Origin: a virus
Lineage: Duplodnaviria > Caudoviricetes
Length of the DNA: 64,000 bases
IMG/VR virus record: IMGVR_UViG_3300033463_000029
Location: 1 to 64,000 of that record
Reading direction: 5' to 3' (one strand)
Under the pieces are notes generated by a model that made no database searches, was not told the origin of the DNA, and saw only the letters and a program-made list of their open reading frames with translations. The translations under genes and the position numbers were made by a program. Of this stretch, positions 42,272-53,133 are shown piece after piece. Numbering within the stretch: the first letter of the stretch is position 1; each line of letters starts with the position of its first letter.

Positions 42272-42847
42272 TCAATCTTCTATTTTTGTAACACGAGTTG
42301 ATATGTGTCGTAACCAAGCTATTTGCTTCTTATCTAACTCTACGCCACGAGATCCGTCAGATATTATCGTCCTAAGCATCGTTTCGTCATCATCTGTCCA
42401 CCCGGAAAGCTCCTTTGTTTTTGACTTATAACCAGCAACGAAACCCCAAGCGACTTCTTCTGGATGCCACCCGTCCTCCTTCTTTGTAAATCTATCGGAC
42501 CACCGTTTAGCCATCTTGTGTAAATCCTCGTTAGCCTTCATCACTTCAAGGATGTTCGGTTCCCACCCAGAATCATCATCCGGTATAATTATACACAGAT
42601 TCAACCAACTCGGTCTCTTTATTCCAGCAATCTTCCCACCAATCGTATAATGGAAAGCCTCAGGATACGTTTCTCCTTCAGGAACAATCAACGCAGCAAT
42701 AGGATATGGATCAGGATAATCCCAAGCCACTATTTTTACTGCGTCACCACCTTCAGTGACAACAGAAACGCTTCCGTCTTCGATATCGTTTCTGTAGCTT
42801 ATATCGAACGGAACCTTAATCTTTGCAACAACACCCTTCTTGCTCAT
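42272..42847 (-). CDS. Family E paralog with C-terminal WTDDDE module
   Basis: VPFDISY...IEDG...TEGG..V.I..WD...PIAA. Confidence 0.7.
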   Translation of the reverse strand: MSKKGVVAKIKVPFDISYRNDIEDGSVSVVTEGGDAVKIVAWDYPDPYPIAALIVPEGETYPEAFHYTIGGKIAGIKRPSWLNLCIIIPDDDSGWEPNILEVMKANEDLHKMAKRWSDRFTKKEDGWHPEEVAWGFVAGYKSKTKELSGWTDDDETMLRTIISDGSRGVELDKKQIAWLRHISTRVTKIED

Positions 42848-45800
42848 TGTAAAATTTCTTGTATTTTTCTTCGTCTACGCTAAAATAGTCGCACTCGAAA
42901 CTAAGAGAACCATAAATGCCTTGAGTTTTACCCTCTGCGTTTCTAATTTTGCTTATGAATTTCATAAGTTCCTCTTTTTTACAAGGAGAACCGTCGCTAA
43001 AAGTGTACCCCCTGCACACTTTACATTGGTCTGGATACCATATCCAAGCCTCTCTTCCGTCTGGCAAAACAGCTTTCATATGAATTATTCATCTTTTTTA
43101 TATCCGCAAAGCTCAGCTAGCGAATTACACCTTTCATACAACAAACCCTCACACTGCTTATAGATTGCTTCCATCACCGGCTCAGGAATGTCTATCTCCA
43201 TCGGGTGTGTCCAATAATTCGGAAACCACCTCAACGAGTATGTGACGGTTTTCTTAAGTTTCGGAATGTCAACAAAACCAAAATCTTTCTGGTCGAGAAA
43301 CAAAGAAATCTTCTCAATTTCAGCCGACAGCGGAAGTTCTGTTCCGAAAACTTTATAGGCATACAGCCTGAGTTCTTTGATGTCCTTTTTTGTCCAAGTT
43401 GTCATTATTAAAATATTTTAAAATAAACATAGCAGCAGCGCGGACAAAACAACGGCCGCTGCGGGAATAATCATAACCACGGTATAAGTTAACCTATCCT
43501 TGTCTATATGATGTTTTTCTTTTGTATCCTTCATATGCTTTTGCAAATATACTGGAATTTTTTGTTTTTGCGAATTTTACTCAATTTCGCTTATTTCAAA
43601 ATGAATCCAACGCCCTTCAAACTGTTGAGGAACTTTATATTCTGGGTGCTCGTCAATCCAATACCAGTAATCGTCTTCCGTATCAACCCCGTCTTTGTTG
43701 ATGTATGAACCGAACTTGTAATATTTTTCGTTGTCCATGCTGAGAAGACTTATGTCTAGGAAGTATTTCTTTGAATCCTTTTTGAACGGCTCAAGATACT
43801 TTATAAGCGCATCTTCTGTGTCACAATAACCATAATCTATTAAAGAACCTTTAATGCTCTTTACCTCATTGAATACACCAAGAGTAACGAAGACATCATC
43901 ACACGTATAAAACGGCGTTCCGTCGTCGAGAGCATTCTCTTCGCAGATTTTAAGAACGTGATTTCTGCTATCCGGATCCTTCCAATTCTTTTCTATGGAT
44001 TCGTTGTCTATTGTAAGTTTTGGAAACATATCTTTTTAATTTTCAGTTATTACATCAAACCGCTGCTGCCCGAAGATTGACCAGCCCTCAGGAAGAATAG
44101 TGAATTGCCAAGGATCTTTACTTCTCGCTTCTTCATATTCTTTCTCGGCTTTTCTTCTGCGCTCCTCCTTTTCTTCTTCCTTTTGACGTTTTTCTCTTTC
44201 TTTTCTTTCCCGTTCTCTACGTTCGTCTTCTTCAACAGCTTTCCTGAAACGCGCATCGCGTTCCATTTCTTCACGGAGTTCCTTATCGGATTTTCTCTCC
44301 CTGTATATCGGTATAAAAATTACAGTCATTTTTTGATTTCGTGTTTCTTTATTTCCCTTCCGTCATCGTATATGACAGTTGTTTCGCCAGACTTCTTCGG
44401 GACGAGTTTCTTTGTTAAACAAATCCCCTTGTATGTAACGTATGGCTTTCCGGAATACAGGGTCTCTCCATAGTATCCAGTTATCTTTATGATTTGAGCG
44501 TTCGCTTCTATGATGTCATCAATATCAAAACGTCTGTTCTCATCAGCCCACTTCTTTAAAATGGAATAGCGGAGCTTCCTATACTTCAATTTAATTTCTG
44601 CCTCTTCGTCAACCTTTCGCTTATTAAGCAAGATCAGAGCATCTTGTAATTCCTTTTCTGTCATATTGTTTAATATTTTCTTATGTATGAACTAAACTCT
44701 TCACCAATTTCTCCACAATAATATTCGATAACATTAAGAACAAAATTTGCAGTGGCTCCACTATGTTTTTTGCTATCGAAATGATGCTTCAATTCTCCAA
44801 ACCTAGCTCTTGGTTTTTCATCATTGTTGAGGCATTTTATGTAATGAATAACTTCTTCGAGAATACAAATGTTATCTATATTCGCAGATACGGTCTCTTT
44901 CCAATCGTTATGCTTTTCTTGTGGGATAACAGCTGTACCGGCTGAATAATATTTGTCAATTAGTGATTTCTTGTAAGCCTCTTCACTTCCATATTTTTTC
45001 TCAACCCACCTCCTGTGTTCTTCCTTCATCGCATCTGTTTCCATTTTCATCCGCTCGCACATCTGTTCGTGTTCAATTTTTTCTCTTAGCCGTTCTTCTA
45101 ACTCTTCTTTCTTGGTTTTTCCGTAATATGCTATATACAATTCATCCTCTGACATAGAAGAATCAACATATGTTCCATTGAAATACGAGAATAAGAGAGT
45201 CCCATTCTGATATTTTTTCTTTTCAGTCAAAAACCAGTCATAGAGATTCTCAAAGCTCATCATGTATGGCAAATCAACTTTCTTCTCCATCACTCTCTTG
45301 GTAAAAGTTTTTCAATGTCATCAAGTTTTATAGCATAACCATCTTTTATTAGGTATTTCATTTGAAACCCTCCGATGTGAAAATAAGAAGCGTCATCGTA
45401 ATCTATCTTTTTCCACGTAGGAAGAATATCGATGACTTCAACATCTGACAAACTCAACCTCATGAATCGACCATCCTCATGTTCGACTTCAACAACGGGT
45501 TCTCCGCCGTTCACGTTTTGGATACGTTTTTATATCGGTGACTTTCCAAATGTCGCCGATTTCAGGACTTGTCATTTCGAACAACATGTTGTTATTCTTT
45601 ATGACATCGAGTATGTGCTGAGTTATTTTTATTACTTTCATTTTTCAACAAATTCTGGTTTCCATACAACTGTACTGTCAACAGCCAAAGAATCAACATA
45701 CGTTACCTTTAGCGTTGTTTTTCCGCGATAAACATCAAGTGGTGTCGGATCCTTACGTATAGGATCAATAAGATTCCATAAAATCATTCCTGTAACAACG

Positions 45801-45933
45801 AGACCTATCCCACCGAAAAGACCAGCAAAGCTAATGTCTGGATCCTTAATGACTGCCCAGATGAACATCGCCAGAAAAATCAGAAAAAACAAAATTGTAA
45901 AAATCCAAGTCGCTACCATATAGTTTTAAATTT

Positions 45934-46006
45934 AAAATAAAAAAATCCGTACATTACATCTTACGGTGCAAATGTACGGATAATTTTTTGAATTTCCAAA
46001 TTTTAT
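45934..46006 (-). promoter_or_regulatory. Promoter-plus-stem-loop cassette, copy 2
   Basis: Same as 35073-35134 with a longer hairpin loop. Confidence 0.85.
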
Positions 46007-46464
46007 CTGGAATTTATTGCATCTTCCATCAAAGACATTGCTTCGTCTGTAAAAAGTCCCTCTTTGTCGAAAAACTTCATAACCTTTATCCAGTCTATAC
46101 AACGACTTCCACGACTGTCTGTAGTAAAGAATGAGCCGACGTTCCTGTCATCTATGCAATATTCCCCATATGCTTTTGGAGAAGACGTCCACGAACTCTG
46201 GTCAGGGTCAAGCTGAACACCATATAAAGGTATTTCTCTTTCCTCAAACCACTTCACGGCTGCATCGAGATATTTTTCCTCGGAACGCATGGTGGAAAGA
46301 ATCAATTTGTGCCCACTAACAACAAGCATTTTCAAAACTAAAACCGCAAACGGCAAATCCTTTCCAACATTCGGATACATATGCTCTACAACTGTTCCGT
46401 CGAAATCGATTACTATTTTCACAGGCTTGACGCCGGTTATATATTGCTGCATAATCTTTGACAT
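46003..46464 (-). CDS. HAD-superfamily hydrolase
   Basis: IVIDFDGTVV (DxDGT), STMR, K, IDDRN. Confidence 0.85.
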   Translation of the reverse strand: MSKIMQQYITGVKPVKIVIDFDGTVVEHMYPNVGKDLPFAVLVLKMLVVSGHKLILSTMRSEEKYLDAAVKWFEEREIPLYGVQLDPDQSSWTSSPKAYGEYCIDDRNVGSFFTTDSRGSRCIDWIKVMKFFDKEGLFTDEAMSLMEDAINSR

Positions 46465-47175
46465 AGGATATCAATAATTTAAGTATTTATTTTGATGAAA
46501 GATATTCATCATATCTGTCCCAGCTCTTACTCCTTCCGTGTTTTATGTCTTTCCCGGACGCCCATGTTATGTCACCTATTAAAAAATATGACGGTACGAT
46601 AGCGAAAACGAGGTCAAAAAAATAAACCTTTTCTCCAAACCAGTATCCATATCCGTACTTTATTGAGAAAACTTTAAGCGGTTTGTACTTTTTTATATTG
46701 TACAAAAGATTGTTGAACCATTTCTTCATATTACATGTATTCTCCGATTTTATATCTTGTTGCCATTTTGAAAATCTCTCCATTCTTTCTTCTGTGGTTT
46801 TCGTAACCAAGACCATATACGGTAATGTTAGAATCCGTACACGCCTGCCAAGAGCCATATTTCGCAGACTCAGCCAAGTCATCTGCACTGAACGACACTT
46901 GATAAATGTCAGTGAGACCATTTTTGTTTATATAATCGATACAAGTCTGAACTAGAATCTCCTGCAACTCTTTTATGTGATCTATCTTTGTTATGTTCGG
47001 CTTTGGATCATCTTCAAGTTGCTCAACAATAGGATTTTCTTCCCATTGTCTAACAATGTCGTTCAGATACGGATGTTTGTCCGAGATTCTTATTTTCTTT
47101 GGTTCGCTCATAAAAAAACACCGGATTTTTGATTTCCGGTGCAAATATACTGATTTTTTTGTGTATTGCAAAATA

Positions 47176-48120
47176 TTACATCGATGGTCTGGATTCTCCT
47201 TCAACTTCCACCATAAGAAAACCTCTGTCGCCAACCCACACGTTTGTTATTTCGGCGGCATCGACGCAGTTCGAACGTTCATATATTCTAAATGTTCCGT
47301 CCTGCAACTCAACTACGCTCCTTATACCTTGTGCACAAAAAACATGAATACAATTTACTGCTGGAATTATTTCTCCAAGAACGTTTAAAATGATAAACCA
47401 TCCTTTATCTTTCCAATAAGCATAGTATGTGGTTGATGTAGATTTTCTTTTCTGATTAATTAAATCTATACATTTATTCTTTTTGAAACAAATATCATCA
47501 GCCCAATCCTCGAAGAATATCTTTCCACTTCGTTTATCGATTCCGTTAGCCTTCCCATCCTGTCTCTTTACGAAAAAGCACATTCCTCCGTTATCAGCAA
47601 TGTTTAAAATTTCTCCATTACAAATGTCTGAATTGTATCTTCTTGAATATATTTTTCGATTTTTCGTTCTCGACATTTTTATAGGAATATGTTCAACAAC
47701 ATTTTCGGAAACTATGTTTATTATAGACCATTCTTTAACAACAAGCTTCTCACCATCCGTTAATTTAGACCCACCGTTTCTATTATGTATAAAGAAAAAG
47801 CCTTCTTTTGGTCTTTCTTGAACAATATATACACCATAATCACTTTCTAGTATTCTCTCCATTCCATCATGTTCCGTAGTGATTATAGTATATTTCCCTT
47901 TGTTCGTGTTAAAATTATATGATGTTATTACATATTCTTCTTTTGGACCTCTCATTACAACCGAGAAGCCGTCCTCAGACAGATACTCTTCTCCATCGTA
48001 AGAACTTTTAAGCATTGCAAAATTTCCCAACCTATGAAAGTCATGACCACCCTTAACACAGCAAACCCAATGCTTATCCTTCCTTAATTCATCTATCAAA
48101 GTTTTGTCTAAACCATTCAT
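47176..48120 (-). CDS. Beta-rich repeat protein (KR.DGK.N.I...W.DD), paralog 1
   Basis: VKRQDGKANGID...EDWADDI. Confidence 0.6.
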   Translation of the reverse strand: MNGLDKTLIDELRKDKHWVCCVKGGHDFHRLGNFAMLKSSYDGEEYLSEDGFSVVMRGPKEEYVITSYNFNTNKGKYTIITTEHDGMERILESDYGVYIVQERPKEGFFFIHNRNGGSKLTDGEKLVVKEWSIINIVSENVVEHIPIKMSRTKNRKIYSRRYNSDICNGEILNIADNGGMCFFVKRQDGKANGIDKRSGKIFFEDWADDICFKKNKCIDLINQKRKSTSTTYYAYWKDKGWFIILNVLGEIIPAVNCIHVFCAQGIRSVVELQDGTFRIYERSNCVDAAEITNVWVGDRGFLMVEVEGESRPSM

Positions 48121-48160
48121 ACAGTATTTATTCTTTCAGATAACCATTGATAAATATTAT
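48121..48160. promoter_or_regulatory. Back-to-back ATAAATA (T4-late-like) motifs for divergent genes
   Basis: tatttat at 48125-48131 and ataaata at 48150-48156. Confidence 0.6.
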
Positions 48161-49441
48161 ATGAAATTCGAGATGACAAAAAACGTATTGTGGTTGGATG
48201 GTGATATACTTTCAACAAATTTTGAGATAAGATGCGATGGAACGTTTGTTACACCACGTCCAGCATTTTTTGATGTGGTTTGTAAATTTGATAACGGAAA
48301 GAAGATTCTGGTAGAAACGAACGACAGCAGAATTTATTACGTTTTTGACATAACGAAAAAGAAAGACAATTACAAACAGCTCATAGAGAGAAACTACTAC
48401 GAAACAAAAAACATAAATGGGAAAACTTTTGTAATTGCTTTACTATGCGAATGGGATCATATGAGAAACCCAGAAAACGGTGATTGCTATTTACTAAAAA
48501 ACAGCAAATCCATAATACCTATACCAGAAGATTGTGGAAATTTGATGTATGTTGAAGAACTTAGGAAAATAGCACACACAAATCGAGATACACAAGACGT
48601 TGAAAACATCTACGTCTGCACATTAAACAAAAAAAGCAGAAAGCCATATTATAACATTTTAGCCGGAGATAAATGGTTGTTGAATGAATGGGTTACAAAT
48701 AAGCCACTAAAATCAGGAAAATACATTTTAGTTGGTTCTGACGAATCTAGAAACGAATGGGATATAGTGTATGACGGATTAGAGATTATCCCTGAAGGAC
48801 CGTTCATATGTAAGGCAACATCAGAGGACTTTAGAGTTGAAAAATTAGGGTTTTCTTCTCCAATATTTGTTAAAAGAAAAGATGGAAAATGTAACGTTAT
48901 TGAATCAGACGCTCCAGCCACAAATAGTTTTTTCGTATTCGATAAATTCTACGACGATCTTTGTATAACAAAAATAAAGAGAGAAGATTATACCAAAAAA
49001 GCTCTTGCTGTAAAAGATGGAGATACTACTTATGTAAATATTCCTACAATGGATTCATACCATCGCAGAACATTCCTTTTAGAGTCTGACAAACCTCCTG
49101 TTGAAATCTATATAGACGGAAGAACATTTGCAATATTAACAGTAGGAGATTACTATAAAATATTTTATCGCGAAAAGCAAAAATACGTTCTTGAAAATGA
49201 AAAAATTGAAAGCATAATGCTTGGTGGTCAAAGAAAAGAACAACCATGGAGAGGAGGAGGGCAAAAAGAGGGATATGCGTTTATTGCAGCATTCACAGAA
49301 GATGGTAAAAAATTCTTAGCGATACCGAGACTAGATAGCGGCGAAATGTTCAGAGAAGAACTAGAGATAAACTATAATAAAAACTCCGGAGAACTTAAAA
49401 TAAAAGATTTAGACGGAAGAGAGTATACAATAACAATATAA
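48161..49441 (+). CDS. Beta-rich repeat protein, paralog 2
   Basis: KPYYNIL..WLLNEW...GPF...VKRKDGKCNVI; ATG at 48161. Confidence 0.65.
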   Translation: MKFEMTKNVLWLDGDILSTNFEIRCDGTFVTPRPAFFDVVCKFDNGKKILVETNDSRIYYVFDITKKKDNYKQLIERNYYETKNINGKTFVIALLCEWDHMRNPENGDCYLLKNSKSIIPIPEDCGNLMYVEELRKIAHTNRDTQDVENIYVCTLNKKSRKPYYNILAGDKWLLNEWVTNKPLKSGKYILVGSDESRNEWDIVYDGLEIIPEGPFICKATSEDFRVEKLGFSSPIFVKRKDGKCNVIESDAPATNSFFVFDKFYDDLCITKIKREDYTKKALAVKDGDTTYVNIPTMDSYHRRTFLLESDKPPVEIYIDGRTFAILTVGDYYKIFYREKQKYVLENEKIESIMLGGQRKEQPWRGGGQKEGYAFIAAFTEDGKKFLAIPRLDSGEMFREELEINYNKNSGELKIKDLDGREYTITI

Positions 49442-49473
49442 ATTAAATGGCGGAACTGTTCCGCCATTTAATT
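49441..49473. terminator. Bidirectional intrinsic terminator
   Basis: AATTAAATGGCGGAAC-t-GTTCCGCCATTTAATT. Confidence 0.85.
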
Positions 49474-49833
49474 ATTACAACGTAACTTTATAACTTTCAA
49501 CATAATCCCCGCAACACTCACAAGGTTCATCATCCGCATAAACCTCATCAAACATATTATACGATATAAACTGAAGGAGGTCGTTTAAGTTAAATTTCAA
49601 TATTTTGTTTTTGAAAATTTTACTGTTCGCTATTCTTGTTAAAATGTTATGCCTCTCTTCATCGGTCAGATCAATCTCCTCTTTACCGTTTACAGTTAAA
49701 CTATCACATATACATCCGCGAGTCATCTCTATAACGAGTTGATCGTTTTTTTCTTCGCTGTTCATAATACAATTATGTTTTTGCAAATATACTGATTTTC
49801 GATAAATATAGAAAATCTTAATCACGTAAAGTT

Positions 49834-51531
49834 TTGAAATCATACAGTTTTAAAAATATAAACGAATCTGAATCGAAATTCGAAATAAGGAAGGATGATA
49901 TAATCCTTAAGGACGGCAGATCTGTTGCACAAACATACTTCCCAGGAAGACCTTGCAGAGTAATTCCAGATGTTAATAAAGATGTCGGCGGAGATGCGTT
50001 GCTGTACAGGGTTGCAACCGCAGACGGAAGAAAAAACGATATGGAAGCCGTTATGATTTCAAAAGTAACAGAAGATGTCGTTGCGGATGTTTGCGTTTCA
50101 ACCGTATGGTGGTGCGGCGGAGACCTTAAGGATTTTCTTGAAATGGACTTCTATACGCGATTTGACAAATATGGAAGCGCGATAGTAAATTCAAAAACAG
50201 GAAAACTTGTAACAGATATAAAAGGTTCAAACAGCACTCTGTTTGGTAATATAATATATTCATTAAGTGATGATGTTTTGACAGTTTGGGATTATTGTAA
50301 CGGTCAACTCAAAGAGATATTTAAAGGAAAAACTGGCAGAGCACCGGACGAATGGCAGATAGGAGACTACAATGCGTTAGATGTTGTTGTGATAAGCACG
50401 GAATGGGGCGAATTTCAACTATATTGTGCAGATAAACACAAATTTATAACATCTGGATGGTGCACAGGATATAAAGAACAAAGCTGCTCAACAAGACGAG
50501 ATTTCGCAAATAAAGATTGTGACGAAACTGATATACAATACTTATCAATACAATATGATGGATACAACCAAAACAAAAGGATTGTAATTTATGATGTTGA
50601 CACCCTTGAACCGGTAGATATCGAACCGGTAAGTGAAGTTTTTGATCTTCCAAACTGCTACATTCCAGTATTAAAAAGTTTATCGAAACCTTACAAATAT
50701 AACATATTGGGTTCAGACAATAAACTTGTGTTAGATGAATGGGCAACTGAAATAAAAGAACTGAAAGAAAAATACTGCGAGCTCGGATATATAATCAAAT
50801 GTGAATATGATGATGGAACATTTGATATTGTTGGTGGGGAGAGCGCGTGTATTTTAGAAAATGGACCATTTGACAAGATGGAGTACATCGAAGAGAATAA
50901 CACGCATGGAGACCTCGTTTGTTTCCGTAGAAAAAGCGACGGAAAGTCTAATATAGTCGATGCGGAAACACTTGAAGATAAAAAATATTATGATGATTTT
51001 CAGTGGTCCTTGCCCGAATGGGCAGATGACATTCTGTTACTGAAAACGAAAAAAACATCACAAATTATAATAGAATATGGGAATGAACATAAGACGTATT
51101 ATTTCCGAAAACTTATTGATGGAATAACAAAACTTTACTCAAACGATGAACTAAACGTTTGCATTGTGCTTAATGATGATGGAGTGTCGATTATCGAAAA
51201 GTTGGACGAGGAAGAATCCGGAGAATACATTTACAGTTTCGAACCAGAACCAAATTATTATGTAAAAGATGCAGAAGACATAAGCATTTTTTTCAAAGGT
51301 GAAATAATCTTAGTAACTTATAAAGATAAATGTAAATTTATAGATTCATATGGTTCAGATATTCACTTCTATCATGTTGATGGAATAGAAAATAACACAT
51401 ACTTCGAAGATGCGGACGACTGTAAAAAAAATAAAGATGATGATTACATCTACCATGTGAAAGCAAATGGAAGATGGATGTGGATAGATGATTATTCTGA
51501 TGAATATGACGAAAATGGCGAGCCAATTTAG
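49834..51531 (+). CDS. Beta-rich repeat protein, paralog 3, with N-terminal NINESE motif
   Basis: KPYKYNIL..LVLDEW...GPF...RRKSDGKSNIV...EWADDI; ATAAATA at 49802. Confidence 0.65.
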   Translation: MKSYSFKNINESESKFEIRKDDIILKDGRSVAQTYFPGRPCRVIPDVNKDVGGDALLYRVATADGRKNDMEAVMISKVTEDVVADVCVSTVWWCGGDLKDFLEMDFYTRFDKYGSAIVNSKTGKLVTDIKGSNSTLFGNIIYSLSDDVLTVWDYCNGQLKEIFKGKTGRAPDEWQIGDYNALDVVVISTEWGEFQLYCADKHKFITSGWCTGYKEQSCSTRRDFANKDCDETDIQYLSIQYDGYNQNKRIVIYDVDTLEPVDIEPVSEVFDLPNCYIPVLKSLSKPYKYNILGSDNKLVLDEWATEIKELKEKYCELGYIIKCEYDDGTFDIVGGESACILENGPFDKMEYIEENNTHGDLVCFRRKSDGKSNIVDAETLEDKKYYDDFQWSLPEWADDILLLKTKKTSQIIIEYGNEHKTYYFRKLIDGITKLYSNDELNVCIVLNDDGVSIIEKLDEEESGEYIYSFEPEPNYYVKDAEDISIFFKGEIILVTYKDKCKFIDSYGSDIHFYHVDGIENNTYFEDADDCKKNKDDDYIYHVKANGRWMWIDDYSDEYDENGEPI

Positions 51532-51542
51532 CTCGCCATTTT
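51512..51542. terminator. Bidirectional intrinsic terminator
   Basis: AAAATGGCGAGC-caattta-GCTCGCCATTTT. Confidence 0.85.
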
Positions 51543-52636
51543 TAATCCGAATAAGTTTTGAAGTAATTGTCTATGACGACAACCGGAGTTCCTTTATCCC
51601 CAGACCCAGACATCAGGTCCATCAATGATGCGATCTGGTCTCTCATCTGTCTTGGAGTAGTTCCTTCTGAAGCCATATTCCCGATAAGGTTCTTCTCCTT
51701 CTCCCTGATTTCTTTCTTGATGGCTTCATTCAGCTCATCCCCATTCAAATCACCATACTTGTCGTCAGCGAAAGCCTTTATTTTGATTTCGTTCGCTGTT
51801 CCAAGAAGAATGTCTTCATCAGTAAATGCTGGCATTGTTACTGGATCAGCGAACTCCCAAATCTCACCAACAGGGGAACAGAAGCAGCCGTCTCCATAAA
51901 CACAAACAATAACATCTACGCCGAGTCTCGTTTTTATTACATCCTTAAGGTCGCAGCAAACGCCGAGAGCATATCCACGGCTTGGGAACAACTTAAGTTT
52001 TTCTTCCGTAGCTTTGTTCGAACCAAGAAGACCGTACTCACAGCGATCATCGAAAATGTCAGCCAAGGTGAAATAGTTTCCTTCAGCAACAAGAGCAAAT
52101 CCGGGTCTGTGCTTAAAATCATGAAGACCGCAATAAAGAATCTTCTTTACCTCGGTTTCTTCGACAGCGTCTTCATATGTTCTGTAAAACTTAACGGTAC
52201 AGTTCTCTGCTTCGCATATTTCTTTATAATAGTTCTGAATGTCAACGCCGGTAAACGGGTTGATGCCTGATGGGTTGCCAACTTCATCAAAATCTGGAGC
52301 TATGACCGTTAAAGAATCTGCATATCTCGCGATTCCTTTAAGAATCATAGAAAACCTGTTTCTGGAATAGATTGGCTTTGCGACAACAAGATTTCTGTCA
52401 TCTGTTCCGTACCTTTTTTCAAGTTCCTTTGCGATTTCATCAACCGTAACGTAATTCCCCTGTGCTCTGGCGACAACGGATTCCGTTATTCCAATGATAG
52501 TTTTGTCGTGAAGGTCAACCCCAGCACGCATAAGGGAATCATAAACTGTCTTTACAACATTATCTCCCTCTCTCATAATCGGTGTCCTCACGCCGACGCT
52601 GACGACGCCGACATTGTTGTTTTCGGTGTTAATCAT
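51542..52636 (-). CDS. CofE-like (F420-0:gamma-glutamyl ligase family) protein
   Basis: GVRTPI.REGD, GITESVVARAQGN, GTTPR...D...SL.DL.SGSGDKGTPVV. Confidence 0.85.
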   Translation of the reverse strand: MINTENNNVGVVSVGVRTPIMREGDNVVKTVYDSLMRAGVDLHDKTIIGITESVVARAQGNYVTVDEIAKELEKRYGTDDRNLVVAKPIYSRNRFSMILKGIARYADSLTVIAPDFDEVGNPSGINPFTGVDIQNYYKEICEAENCTVKFYRTYEDAVEETEVKKILYCGLHDFKHRPGFALVAEGNYFTLADIFDDRCEYGLLGSNKATEEKLKLFPSRGYALGVCCDLKDVIKTRLGVDVIVCVYGDGCFCSPVGEIWEFADPVTMPAFTDEDILLGTANEIKIKAFADDKYGDLNGDELNEAIKKEIREKEKNLIGNMASEGTTPRQMRDQIASLMDLMSGSGDKGTPVVVIDNYFKTYSD

Positions 52637-53133
52637 ACTTATTTTCTATTTTTTGTGTTTTTACCTATTTCTGTTTTAATGTTTTCATAAATCTGTGAAA
52701 TGTTAGGCTTCCGTTCAACTTTTGAATCAACCGGACGGGCAAGAATAGAATACAGTGTATTTGGTTGCAAACAAACTGTTTTTGGAAGAGTTATGACTTT
52801 TCCGCTGTCATCCGTTTTGCCGTCGAAATAAGTCTCGGTGTAATCTCCGATTGTGCCTCTCTTTTCAAATTCATAACAAGAACCGCCTCTTATTTCTGGG
52901 CATTCGCCTGGATTTACACCTGCTTTTGGATCATAAACAACCGGAACCCCGATAAGTTTCAACCCGTCTTCTTCATCAAGCAGAGTCGAAACGATGTATG
53001 ACTTTCCGTCAGTCTTACATCTCAACGTATCCCCCAATTCTATGAAATGAAGGTCATCCGTTATTTTTAGCCCGCGATCTCTAAATCGCTTAGCGATACG
53101 AGCTTTTAATAAATCTGAATATTTTTTCATTTT

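Noticed and set aside
8454-47821. Numerous + strand ORFs opposite the minus-strand operons
   Set aside because: Antisense shadows with no promoters or recognisable motifs; the minus strand is already fully tiled.
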